Source: Alphaproteobacteria bacterium
GTDB taxonomy: Bacteria; Pseudomonadota; Alphaproteobacteria; Bin95
Length of the DNA: 64,000 nt
Reading direction: 5' to 3'
Assembly: GCA_964291285.2 (NCBI GenBank)
Contig: OZ219787.1
Coordinates: 1,440,001 to 1,504,000, forward strand
Made by a program: the position numbers and the translations under genes
Part shown: positions 10,271 to 18,964 of the stretch, piece by piece
Layout of the letters: each line of letters begins with the position of its first letter
How positions within the stretch are numbered: the stretch's first letter is position 1
Notes under the pieces: model-generated
What the model was told of the DNA's origin: nothing
Databases searched by the model: none
Seen by the model: the letters and a program-made list of their open reading frames with translations, nothing else

Positions 10271-12067
10271 TCAGCCGCTGGGCGCGATCATAATCGCGTC
10301 GAGGGCCTCTTGGGCGCGGGCGGCGTAGTGCCGGTTGGCCTCGGGTACATATCGGAAGCGTCCGTCGCAGCGCACGATAGCGATGGCCGCGTTGCTCAAG
10401 CAGGCCAGATTTCCGGGCAGGTGGCGCACATATGCCCGGCAACGGTCTTCGTCATAGGTGAAGTCACGCACATAGTGCACACGGTTCTCGATGTGCCAGT
10501 GGTTGCGCACCAGATCGAGAAGCTCCTTGGGGCCGGCTCGCTCTGCGCCAAGCGACGTCAGGCTCCAGGTGACCTCGATGCTGCGCTTGCCGGTTTTGAG
10601 CATCTTGCGCTCGCGTTCCATGCGCATTGCCTGGCGGCGCCCGTGAAGGTGGGCGTAGCCGTCCCACTCGGCAGCGCAGAGGTCGACGACGGCGCAGCGT
10701 CGGCGCTCAATGCGACCATGGCCCTTGTCGACGGTTTCGTGCCAGGGCGCATCGCTGAAGTCGATCGCCTTGAGGTCTTCGAGGATGGTCTGCTGGTTGC
10801 CCTTCACCGCGCTGACCACGTAGTCGGCACGGCGTTCGAGCAGGCAACGCGCGGTCTCGTGCTGGGCGTGCATCGCATCGATGGTGACGATCCGGCCTGT
10901 GAGGTCGAGACCGCTGGAAAGTTCGCGCACGGCCGGGATTTCGTTGCTTTTGGAGCTGACTTCGACCTGCCCGAGGACCACGCCGGTGTCATGCGCCACC
11001 GCAGCGACCATCCTCCTGCGCCGGTCTTCGGTCTGCTTCGAGGCACCGCGCAAATCCTTTCCGTCCATGGCCACAGGCGCGTGCGCACTGCTGTGCTGTC
11101 CGGCCCACTGGCCGATGGCATTGTCCAGGGTCTGTGGCGGCAGGGCGGCGAGGATGTTGTGGAAGGTGGTGACCGCCGGCGGCGTGTAGCACTGCCTGGA
11201 TGGGCTCCAGAAGGCGCCCACCGCCTTGAGTTGCTTCTGGGAGAGCAGGGCGGCGAACTGGGCGAAGGCGTTCACACCCCGGTATCCGGCAAGCCGGGCG
11301 GCAACGGCCAGCGTCAGAATGGTGGTGAGCGCATAGCGCTTGCCCCGGGCATGGCGGTATTCGGGCACCTCGCCCAAACACTCGAACAGGCTGCGCAGCC
11401 GGGGCGCCGCCATCGGCTCGGTGTGCTGCTCAGCGTTCCAGTCTGCCGGTATCTCGGGATGGCTCAGCGCCTCGGGGGCGCCGTGTGTCAGTTCGAACAC
11501 GAAGACCTCCTTGGGCTGGCCGTGGTGACGCCAGCGCGCCACCCCTCCGGGCTCGCGGGCAAAGCCGCGCGTCAGACCCAGAGAGCGCCAGTTGGCCGCG
11601 CGGTAGCAGGTGCCGGCGAAGCGCGAGACGTCCACAAACGTCTCCGCCACAACAGCCGGATAGCCATGCGCCGCCCGCAGGTCCTGCGACAGCCGCCGCA
11701 CGCTCAGCCCCAGCACCCGCGAGGCAAGGTTGGGAACCCGCTCAGGCGTCAGGATGACAAAGCGCGAGTTGTTGGCAACCAGATGCAGGCGACGGAACTG
11801 CTGCTCCGCCGACCACCCGATCCAGCGGTCCCGCGCTCCCACCTTGAACGCTCCAGGCTGCCAGCCAACCAGGGCAAGCCAGGCCTCGCCATGAACCGCG
11901 ACATGGCGCAGACCCTTGCCGATGATGCCGTGGAACCGCAGATAGTGGTGCGCCGCTACCAAATCGTCCCAGCGCCGGTGCTCCCGTGCCCCCCAGGTCG
12001 GGCGCACCGTGACCGCGCGAAGATCAACCCAAACACCCGCAAACAGAAACCTCGCCATGACCGGCAC
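10271..12067 (-). CDS. ISAs1 transposase with N-terminal DUF4338 domain
   Basis: N-terminal 'HHYL','RDRWIGW','NNSRF','NLASR','ETFVD','GTCYRAANW'; C-terminal 'MDGK','KSNEI','IDAMH','VKGNQ','HGRIERR','HWHIEN..H..RD..EDR'. Confidence 0.9.
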   Translation of the reverse strand: MPVMARFLFAGVWVDLRAVTVRPTWGAREHRRWDDLVAAHHYLRFHGIIGKGLRHVAVHGEAWLALVGWQPGAFKVGARDRWIGWSAEQQFRRLHLVANNSRFVILTPERVPNLASRVLGLSVRRLSQDLRAAHGYPAVVAETFVDVSRFAGTCYRAANWRSLGLTRGFAREPGGVARWRHHGQPKEVFVFELTHGAPEALSHPEIPADWNAEQHTEPMAAPRLRSLFECLGEVPEYRHARGKRYALTTILTLAVAARLAGYRGVNAFAQFAALLSQKQLKAVGAFWSPSRQCYTPPAVTTFHNILAALPPQTLDNAIGQWAGQHSSAHAPVAMDGKDLRGASKQTEDRRRRMVAAVAHDTGVVLGQVEVSSKSNEIPAVRELSSGLDLTGRIVTIDAMHAQHETARCLLERRADYVVSAVKGNQQTILEDLKAIDFSDAPWHETVDKGHGRIERRRCAVVDLCAAEWDGYAHLHGRRQAMRMERERKMLKTGKRSIEVTWSLTSLGAERAGPKELLDLVRNHWHIENRVHYVRDFTYDEDRCRAYVRHLPGNLACLSNAAIAIVRCDGRFRYVPEANRHYAARAQEALDAIMIAPSG

Positions 12068-12552
12068 ACTGACATATCAAGAAAAAAATGGCCACCCCGG
12101 ACCCCACCTCAACATGGCCCACAGGCAGACAATTAATTCGCCCTGCTCGTCTCGACCATATGGTTGACAGGTGTAGGTGACGGTCGTAAAAGGCGCTTAT
12201 TTGCTGGCGTTGCGCGTTTTTGCGGGGCGTGATGATCGCAGTGATTGTGGTGCGGCGGTGTTTGTGACGGGGGCCTGGGACGGAAGGAGGGCGTAGCCCG
12301 ACTGGAGTCGCCGGCCCCCGTCGCGTTGATATTTTCGCCTGCCGAGGGGAGGGTGTCCTGGCGCTGTCGGCGGGGGTCGCCGGGCTGCGCGAGGGGGTAG
12401 ACTGGGGCTGCTGAGAACGATGCGGCGCCGGCCCCGTTTGCTAGGTGGCAACGACCGGCGCCGCACCCCCCGAGCCATGCAAGGCACGGCCCGTATGCGC
12501 AGTATCGTAGGCGTTCGGGCGTGGGTCCACCCCGTTCTCATCGGTCTTTGCG

Positions 12553-12987
12553 ATGAGGAACGCCGCCCGCCTGTTCACCTGCGCTTCGTGCCATCGCCAG
12601 GTTGTGCTGTGCCGGCGGTGCGACCACGGCAACATCTACTGCTCGCGTCCGTGCAGCGGCCGGGCGCGGCGGCGCTCGCTGCGCCTTGCCGGGCGTCGCT
12701 ACCAGAACAGCCGGCGGGGCCGTCACAAGCATGCCGAACGCCAGCGGCGCTACCGCGAGCGCCGTCGCGTCCGTGCGCCTGAGGAGGGGCGCCGTGCGCA
12801 GAAAGTGACGCATCACCCTTTGACCCGTTCACCGCGCCGTCCTGTTGTGGCGGGCATGCCGGCGGGGCGCTCGGGAAGGAGGCCCTTCGGACCCGACCGT
12901 CCCGCCGGAGTGTTCCGCTGCGATCACTGCGGGCGGTTCTGCGCCCGGGCGGTCTATCCGGGCCTGCGCCCGGCGCGAAGGGAGTGA
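12553..12987 (+). CDS. Small basic Cys-rich (zinc-ribbon-like) protein upstream of istA
   Basis: CASC..CRRC..CSRPC and C-terminal CDHC; ends 1 bp before the istA ATG. Confidence 0.7.
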   Translation: MRNAARLFTCASCHRQVVLCRRCDHGNIYCSRPCSGRARRRSLRLAGRRYQNSRRGRHKHAERQRRYRERRRVRAPEEGRRAQKVTHHPLTRSPRRPVVAGMPAGRSGRRPFGPDRPAGVFRCDHCGRFCARAVYPGLRPARRE

Positions 12988-12988
12988 G

Positions 12989-14494
12989 ATGGCGATCGAC
13001 CAGCAGACCCGGGCCGAGATCCTGCGGCTGTATTTTGCCGAGAAGTGGCGGATCGGCACGATCGCGCGCCAGCTCGGCGTCCACCACGGCACGGTCGAGC
13101 GCGCGGTGGCGGCCGCCGGGGCGCCCACGCCTGAGAAGCGGCGCAGATCTTCGATGATCGATCCGTTCCTGCCCTTCGTCCGCCAGACCCTGGCGGTCTG
13201 GCCGAAGTTGCCCTCCAGCCGGCTCTACCGGATGGCGGTCGAGCGCGGTTACCGGGGGTGCGAGAGCCACTTCCGGCGCATGATCGCGCCCGAGCGTCCG
13301 CGGCCGGTGGCCGAGGCCTATCTGCGCCTCAAGGCCCTGCCCGGCGAGCAGGCCCAGGTCGACTGGGCCCACTTCGGCAAGGTGAGGATCGGGCGTGCGG
13401 AGCGCCCGCTGATGGCCTTCGTGATGGTGCTCGGCCACTCGCGCCGCCTCTTCCTGCGCTTCTACCTCAACGCCGGGATGGACAACTTCCTGCGCGGCCA
13501 TGTCGAGGCCTTCGAGGCTTGGCAGGGCGTGCCCCGCGAGCTCTGGTACGACAATCTGAAGAGCGTCGTGCTGGAGCGGCGCGGCGACGCCATCCGCTTC
13601 AATCCCCGGCTTCTCGACTTCGCAGGCGCCTACCGCTTCCTGCCGAAGCCGGTCGCGGTCGCCCGAGGCAACGAGAAGGGCCGCGTCGAGCGGGCCATAC
13701 GCTATGTGCGCGACAGCTTCTTCGCCGCCCGCGCCTGGCGTGACCTCGACGATCTCAACGCCCAGGCCCGGGAGTGGTGCGAGGGCGTCGCCGCCGACCG
13801 CCCCTGGCCGGACGACCGCTCCCTCACCGTGAGCGAGGCCTTCGAGCGCGAGCGCGGCTCCCTGATGGCGCTGCCCGACGACCGTCCCCCCGTCGACGAG
13901 AGGGTCGAGGTCAGGATCGCCAAGACCCCCTATGCCAGGTTCGACCTCAATGACTACAGCGTCCCGCATACCCATGTCCGGCGCACCCTCACCGTGGCCG
14001 CGACGCTGGAAGAGGTGCGCATCCTCGACGGCATGGAGGTCATCGCCCGCCATCCGCGCAGCTTCGACAAGGCGGCCCGCATCGAGAACCCCGAACACAT
14101 TGAGGAGCTGGTCAGGCGCAAGCGTCACGCCCGCAGCCTGCGCGGGCAGAGCCGGCTGCTCCAGGCCGCGCCCAACAGCGAGCGCCTGATCGCCGAGGCC
14201 GCCCCCCGCGGCGCTTATATCGGCGCCACCGTCGCCGCCCTGCTGCGCCTGCTCGACCAATACGGCGCCGCCGAGCTCGAAGCCGCCATCGACGAGGCCC
14301 TCGAACGCGGCGTCCCCCATCCCAATGCCGTGCGCCTCAGCCTCACACGGCGGCGCGAACTGCAGGACAGGCCGCCGCCGATCCCCATCGACCTGCCCAG
14401 GGACCCGCGCGTGCGCGACATCGCCGTGCGCGATCACGATCTCGGCGGATACGACGGGCTGGCCGGCTACCATGAAAAGGACAGCGAAGAATGA
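12989..14494 (+). CDS. istA: IS21 transposase IstA
   Basis: N-terminal HTH, 'PGEQAQVDW', 'WYDNLK', 'EKGRVERAI'; ATG at 12989 after GGAG. Confidence 0.93.
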   Translation: MAIDQQTRAEILRLYFAEKWRIGTIARQLGVHHGTVERAVAAAGAPTPEKRRRSSMIDPFLPFVRQTLAVWPKLPSSRLYRMAVERGYRGCESHFRRMIAPERPRPVAEAYLRLKALPGEQAQVDWAHFGKVRIGRAERPLMAFVMVLGHSRRLFLRFYLNAGMDNFLRGHVEAFEAWQGVPRELWYDNLKSVVLERRGDAIRFNPRLLDFAGAYRFLPKPVAVARGNEKGRVERAIRYVRDSFFAARAWRDLDDLNAQAREWCEGVAADRPWPDDRSLTVSEAFERERGSLMALPDDRPPVDERVEVRIAKTPYARFDLNDYSVPHTHVRRTLTVAATLEEVRILDGMEVIARHPRSFDKAARIENPEHIEELVRRKRHARSLRGQSRLLQAAPNSERLIAEAAPRGAYIGATVAALLRLLDQYGAAELEAAIDEALERGVPHPNAVRLSLTRRRELQDRPPPIPIDLPRDPRVRDIAVRDHDLGGYDGLAGYHEKDSEE

Positions 14495-15285
14495 CCGACA
14501 CCCTCATGAACCGCGCCCGCGCGCTGGGCCTGCACGGCCTCCTCGCCCATTGGGGCGAAGTCGCGGAGCGCGACTGGCTCGCCTCCCTGATCGCGTGGGA
14601 AGAAGATGAGAAGCGCGCCCGAAGCCTCAAACGCCGCCTCGCCGACGCCCGCCTCGGACAGTTCAAGCCGCTCGCAGACTTCGACTGGGACTGGCCAAGG
14701 CGCTGCGACCGCATGGCCGTCGAGGACCTCATGACCCTCGACTTCCTCAAGGAGGCCGCAAACCTCGTACTGGTCGGACCCAACGGCGTCGGAAAGTCCA
14801 CCATCGCCGCCAATATCGCCCACCGCGCCGTCCTCGAAGGCCACATCGTGCGCTTCGCAACCGCCGCCAGCCTGCTCGGCGAACTCGCCGCCATCGACTC
14901 CGACACCCTGCTCCAGCGCAGGCTGCGCTTCTACGCCCGACAGCACCTGCTGGTCATCGACGAAGTCGGATATCTCTCCTACTCCAACCGCCACGCCGAC
15001 CTGCTGTTCAACATCGTCTCAAGCCGCAGCCAGCAGAACTCAACCATAATCACCACGAACCGCCCCTTCGCCGAGTGGAGCGAGGCCTTCCCAAACGCCG
15101 CCTGCCTGGTCGCCCTCGTCGACCGGCTCGTCCACAACGCCGAGATCGTCGCCATCGACGGCGACTCCTGGCGCCGCAAGGAAGCCGAGGAACGTCAGAA
15201 GCAGCGCAGCGCCGAACGCCGCCGCCGGCGCGGACCGAAAGCCGGGCAAAGCACTGGAAAGGCGAACCCGGTCCCGTCGCCATAG
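14491..15285 (+). CDS. istB: IS21 helper ATPase IstB
   Basis: Walker A GPNGVGKS, 'IDEVGY', 'TTN', 'DRLVH'; ATGA overlap with istA. Confidence 0.93.
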   Translation: MTDTLMNRARALGLHGLLAHWGEVAERDWLASLIAWEEDEKRARSLKRRLADARLGQFKPLADFDWDWPRRCDRMAVEDLMTLDFLKEAANLVLVGPNGVGKSTIAANIAHRAVLEGHIVRFATAASLLGELAAIDSDTLLQRRLRFYARQHLLVIDEVGYLSYSNRHADLLFNIVSSRSQQNSTIITTNRPFAEWSEAFPNAACLVALVDRLVHNAEIVAIDGDSWRRKEAEERQKQRSAERRRRRGPKAGQSTGKANPVPSP

Positions 15286-15287
15286 CC

Positions 15288-16160
15288 ATGCATCCCTCCC
15301 GCCCCCGCGAGCGGCGGGTGCGGGCCGAGAGCCTGCGGGGCTATCCCCTCGAACCCGTCGCCCGAGCCCTCGGCTACCGCAGCGATCCCGACAATGCCGT
15401 GCGCTGGAGACGGCCAGGATCGGTCCTCTCCATCAACCGCTTCATGTTCTACGACCATCTGCGCGCAGAGGAGGGAGCCGGGGCTATCGAACTGGCGGTC
15501 CATGCGCTCGGATGCACCCCGCCGGACGCCATCGACTTCCTCGCCGAACTGTCCGACCTCTCAATGCCCCCAGGCGGCCGCCGGCAGGCGCCGGCCAAGG
15601 ACCCCCGCTGGCCCAACCTCCGGCGATACCTCGTCGAGCGGCGCGGCCTCGCGGACGCGCTCGTCATCCTGTGCCGCGACCTCGGCCTGGTCCATGCCGA
15701 CCCTCACGGCAACCCCGTGTTCGTCCGCCGAAACGCCGCCGGCGAGGCTACCGGCATCGAAACCGTCACCGCTGACCGCAAAACGACCGCGGGCGGCGGC
15801 TTCTGGATGTCCTGGGAGACCGAATGGCCACACGCCGTCATCCTGGCCGGCAACGCCCTCGACGCACTCTCCATCCTCTCCCTCCACCTCGGCCCGGTAA
15901 AACGCACCGAATGCGCCACCGTCTCCACCGGCGCCGTCGCCACCAAAGTCCCCAAATGGATCGAGGCATGGAACCCGCGCCTCATCTTCTGTGCATACGA
16001 CGCCACCACAAACGGCGATCACGCCGCAAGGCGCCTCGCCCGCAACGACACCAGAATCGTCCGGCTGCGACCCGCACTCGACAACCGGGACTGGAACGAC
16101 ATGCTCATCCGCGACCGAGCCGGCGAACCAATCGAAACCGATGACCAACAGATCAACTGA
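15288..16160 (+). CDS. DUF3991/Toprim-like (primase-derived) protein with degenerate catalytic motifs
   Basis: 'GAGAIELAVH', 'RRYLVERRGL', 'GNALDALS', 'CAYDATTNGD', 'DWNDML'; starts 2 bp after the istB stop. Confidence 0.7.
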   Translation: MHPSRPRERRVRAESLRGYPLEPVARALGYRSDPDNAVRWRRPGSVLSINRFMFYDHLRAEEGAGAIELAVHALGCTPPDAIDFLAELSDLSMPPGGRRQAPAKDPRWPNLRRYLVERRGLADALVILCRDLGLVHADPHGNPVFVRRNAAGEATGIETVTADRKTTAGGGFWMSWETEWPHAVILAGNALDALSILSLHLGPVKRTECATVSTGAVATKVPKWIEAWNPRLIFCAYDATTNGDHAARRLARNDTRIVRLRPALDNRDWNDMLIRDRAGEPIETDDQQIN

Positions 16161-16238
16161 AAAACCGCAACCGGCCGAAAAATGTCAGCGAATAGGCGCG
16201 CTCTGTAACCGTCGCTAACAGGCAGGCAGATTACGACG

Positions 16239-16790
16239 TCAAGCGTCGCCGGCCGGTCCGCCTGCGCCCCTGTAGAACAGATCGGGCTGCGGCGGGGTTG
16301 TCCGACCGGTTCCGTCATCGGACCCTGACCCCGCCGGCCTGACCGGTGCTTTCGACACTTCCGCCGTTTCCTCTGCCGTCTCCGGCAGAACGGCTGCCGC
16401 GACTATTGCAGCGCGCTTTTCGCCGAGCACCCGGCGAAGCAGTTCGAGTGCCTGCTCGCGTCGACCGTCCCGATCCATCGCCTTGAACCGCGCTTCCAGC
16501 AGGGCGCGCATGCCGTCCGCGAGATTCGACGGCGCTTCGCCGCCGCAACGCAGATCGCGGGCAGCCGCCGTCATGGTGCGGGAGAGGTCGCGCTGCTCGC
16601 CTGCATCGAGGACCAGCGGCCGGGCAGCCACCGTCTCCGGAAACGGGTCCACGGTGAGCGCACATTCGCAGAACCAGGGTGAGAACTGCTTTCCGCGCTC
16701 GGCCGCCCAGGCGCCGATTTGCTCCCGCTCTTCCCTGGTCAGGGAGACCGTACGGTTCATTCCGGGCTTTCGGTTGCGAGGCTTCGTCAC
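16239..16790 (-). CDS. Hypothetical protein with N-terminal RHH/MobC-like motif
   Basis: 'RTVSLTREEREQIGAWAAERGKQFSPWF'; GTGA overlap with the upstream gene. Confidence 0.55.
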   Translation of the reverse strand: MTKPRNRKPGMNRTVSLTREEREQIGAWAAERGKQFSPWFCECALTVDPFPETVAARPLVLDAGEQRDLSRTMTAAARDLRCGGEAPSNLADGMRALLEARFKAMDRDGRREQALELLRRVLGEKRAAIVAAAVLPETAEETAEVSKAPVRPAGSGSDDGTGRTTPPQPDLFYRGAGGPAGDA

Positions 16791-17119
16791 GAGAGGCCTT
16801 CCTCTTCGGCAAGAAGCAGCAGCCGGACCGCTTCCCCGACCGTGACAGTCGCCGTTCCGCCTCCCGGAGCGCGAAAGACGAACCGACCGGACCGCGAGGC
16901 ATACAGGGCGTCCTCGCAGAGGCGACTCTGCCTGTCCTCCGTAAGCACAAGCGGATGCCCGGACGGCTTCGGGGCCTCGCCCGCGCCTTCGCCCGCCGCC
17001 CGCCGGCAACACAGATACCCCAGGCGCGAGATCGGCATCTTCCACTTCCTGGCCCGCCTGCGTATCCGTTCCCAGACCTCCGGCGAGCAGTAGACGCAAT
17101 AACGCTTCGCGAGCTTCAT
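16787..17119 (-). CDS. Small RHH-like protein
   Basis: 'CVYCSPEVWERIRRRARKWKMPISRL'; coupled to both neighbours. Confidence 0.5.
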   Translation of the reverse strand: MKLAKRYCVYCSPEVWERIRRRARKWKMPISRLGYLCCRRAAGEGAGEAPKPSGHPLVLTEDRQSRLCEDALYASRSGRFVFRAPGGGTATVTVGEAVRLLLLAEEEGLS

Positions 17120-17124
17120 CCGAC

Positions 17125-17304
17125 CTAACCCGCTCCCGGCCTCATCGAACCCTTCAGCTCCCCCCAGTCGAGCAGCACCCGCACGACATATTCGGAGATC
17201 GACAGCCCCTCCGCATCGGCGTCTTCGCGGATCGCATCCCACTCGGTCTCGGTCGCCAGCACGCAGCGCTGCCTGCGCTTCTCTCCCCGGGTTCTTCTCG
17301 CCAT
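17125..17304 (-). CDS. Small CopG/RHH-like protein
   Basis: 'CVLATETEWDAIREDADAEGLSISEYVVR'; AGGAGG RBS. Confidence 0.6.
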   Translation of the reverse strand: MARRTRGEKRRQRCVLATETEWDAIREDADAEGLSISEYVVRVLLDWGELKGSMRPGAG

Positions 17305-17556
17305 TCGTCCGCCTCCTGATCGGTTGCACCAGTTACCCCGTCCATATAAGCTGTACTGAAAATGGATGCTAGATTCGATTTCACCCATATCGTCTTTCAG
17401 CGCCTCAAGCCGACAGGAGATGCCATGCAATTATCCATATAATAGAGCTGAAGATCAACCTCAATCAATATCTCATGATCGTTCTGCTCGGCCATGCCTT
17501 GTCACCTTCCCGGCATGCCTTCCTCAACACCGATATGTGACGATTTTTCATCAGAG

Positions 17557-17603
17557 CTTATACAGACTCAATGGACAGTCTGTCAACGAATATATGGTTG
17601 ACA
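17557..17603 (-). promoter_or_regulatory. Candidate sigma70 promoter overlapping the palindrome TGTCAAC-N9-GTTGACA
   Basis: Minus-strand TTGACA-N18-TATAAG pointing at the RHH operon; palindrome at 17581-17603 in an AT-rich patch. Confidence 0.4.
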
Positions 17604-17732
17604 TGCTCGATAACATACTGTATCAACAAAGAAGAAATGGGAGTCCATTGAGCTTCATGCAGGCATGGTGAAGGCAACTTAGTAGTCGTCTTTAACCACA
17701 CATCTCGTGTTGGCTTGCGTCCGGCGCGCCCG

Positions 17733-17858
17733 ACGGCCCGGCTGCTCGGGCACTCCAAACTGCGCATGACCCTGCGCTACGCCCATTTCGCCGACCGCGA
17801 CATCGAAGCCGCGGCCGAACGGGTCGGGGAAACCATCGGTTCGCTCATGGGCCTCTAG
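17733..17858 (+). pseudogene. Tyrosine integrase C-terminal remnant
   Basis: Translates TARLLGHSKLRMTLRYAHFADRDIEAAAERVG..*; no upstream part. Confidence 0.8.
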
Positions 17859-18554
17859 GGGTTCTGGAGGGGGCCCGTCTTCAAGTGGCGTGCTGGTTCC
17901 AGCGCGGGATGGCCTGCTGGTGCTGCCGGCCGTTGAGACAGAAGTAGAGCTTGGACCGCTGGTAGTCCGGGAGGAAGGATACGACGCTTCCAAGGCAAGC
18001 GGCGCGCCTGGAAGTGGTTTTGGACACCGGATGCCGCTGACCCCGCGACACGGTCGTCCCGCCGGTCCGGATCGCGCATGGGCTCCAGTTCATGACAACC
18101 GGCCCAGGCTCTCCACTATCATCCTGCCGCTAACGAACCCTGGTTCGCTGGAAGTGCGGTATGCGACTGGCAACGAATCGGTTTTGGGACTGCCTGTTCG
18201 CTGCGGGAGCGCTTTACGGCCTTATAATCCTGCGTTCCGATGTTCTTTCCGGATGACGGCTGTCACGCGTGAGCTGCCAGCCTTTCTTGCGACACACTTG
18301 CAGATGTGCCGTGCTGGTGGACGCCATGGAGATGCTGCCGTTCAGGGTGGATCGAATTTCGGCGGACGATCGACTTCGCTATACCGCCTTAAAGTGGACC
18401 AGCAACTCTTGCGCGCCATCAACTCGCCGGCCTTGGAGCTACCCGGTCCACAGATCCGTGAGGTCTGGAGAAAACCGGTCGTTCCCGGCCGTTTTCGGTT
18501 CGCATCCGGCAGGCTTCCCCGGGCTCCGAGGCCGGGGCGGCGATACGGACCGGA

Positions 18555-18935
18555 CTACTCGAAGGTCCGGAGATACGCGATCACGTTTATCCGGTCCTTC
18601 TCCTTGCGCAGGCCCGCAAAGCTCATCTTGCCGCCCTTGATGACATTCTTGGGCTTGGTCAGATAGGCGTCGAGCGCCTCGGCGGTCCACACGAACCCCT
18701 CTTCCTTCATGGCCAGGGCGGGCTTGGAGTATTTGTAGCCTTCCACGGAAGCGATTTCCCGGTCGACGACCCCGTTCAGGATGGGGCCGATCTTGTTCCT
18801 GGCCTTCTCGCCGACGGCGTGGCAGGCCTTGCACTTGCGGAAGACCTTCTTGCCCTTGGCCGGGTCGCCCTCCGCGAGGACGGGACCCGCAAGGCCGAGG
18901 CCGAGCGCGACGATCAGCAGTCCGGCAATCTTCAT
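18555..18935 (-). CDS. Cytochrome c (c2/c550 class I)
   Basis: Signal peptide, 'GDPAKGKKVF', CKACH haem motif, 'GPILNG', 'KMSFAGL'. Confidence 0.92.
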   Translation of the reverse strand: MKIAGLLIVALGLGLAGPVLAEGDPAKGKKVFRKCKACHAVGEKARNKIGPILNGVVDREIASVEGYKYSKPALAMKEEGFVWTAEALDAYLTKPKNVIKGGKMSFAGLRKEKDRINVIAYLRTFE

Positions 18936-18964
18936 CCTTTTCCTCCTCTTCCCTGAAACGGGGC

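Larger units (their letters stand above)
9133..12145 (-). mobile_element. ISAs1-family element with DUF4338-fused transposase, carrying a nested IS5
   Basis: TIRs CAGGGAAAATTTTTAGTC / CAGGGCGAATTAATTGTC; exact 10-bp duplication CTCGTCTCGA at 9123-9132 and 12146-12155. Confidence 0.85.
12172..16220 (+). mobile_element. IS21-family element with two extra genes (about 4.05 kb)
   Basis: TG...CA ends; 40-bp imperfect inverted repeats, 27/40 matches by hand (12172-12211 vs 16181-16220); flanks GACAGG / GGCAGG. Confidence 0.78.

Noticed and set aside
17880-18440. Possible gene or transposase fragments
   Set aside because: No frame with convincing motifs
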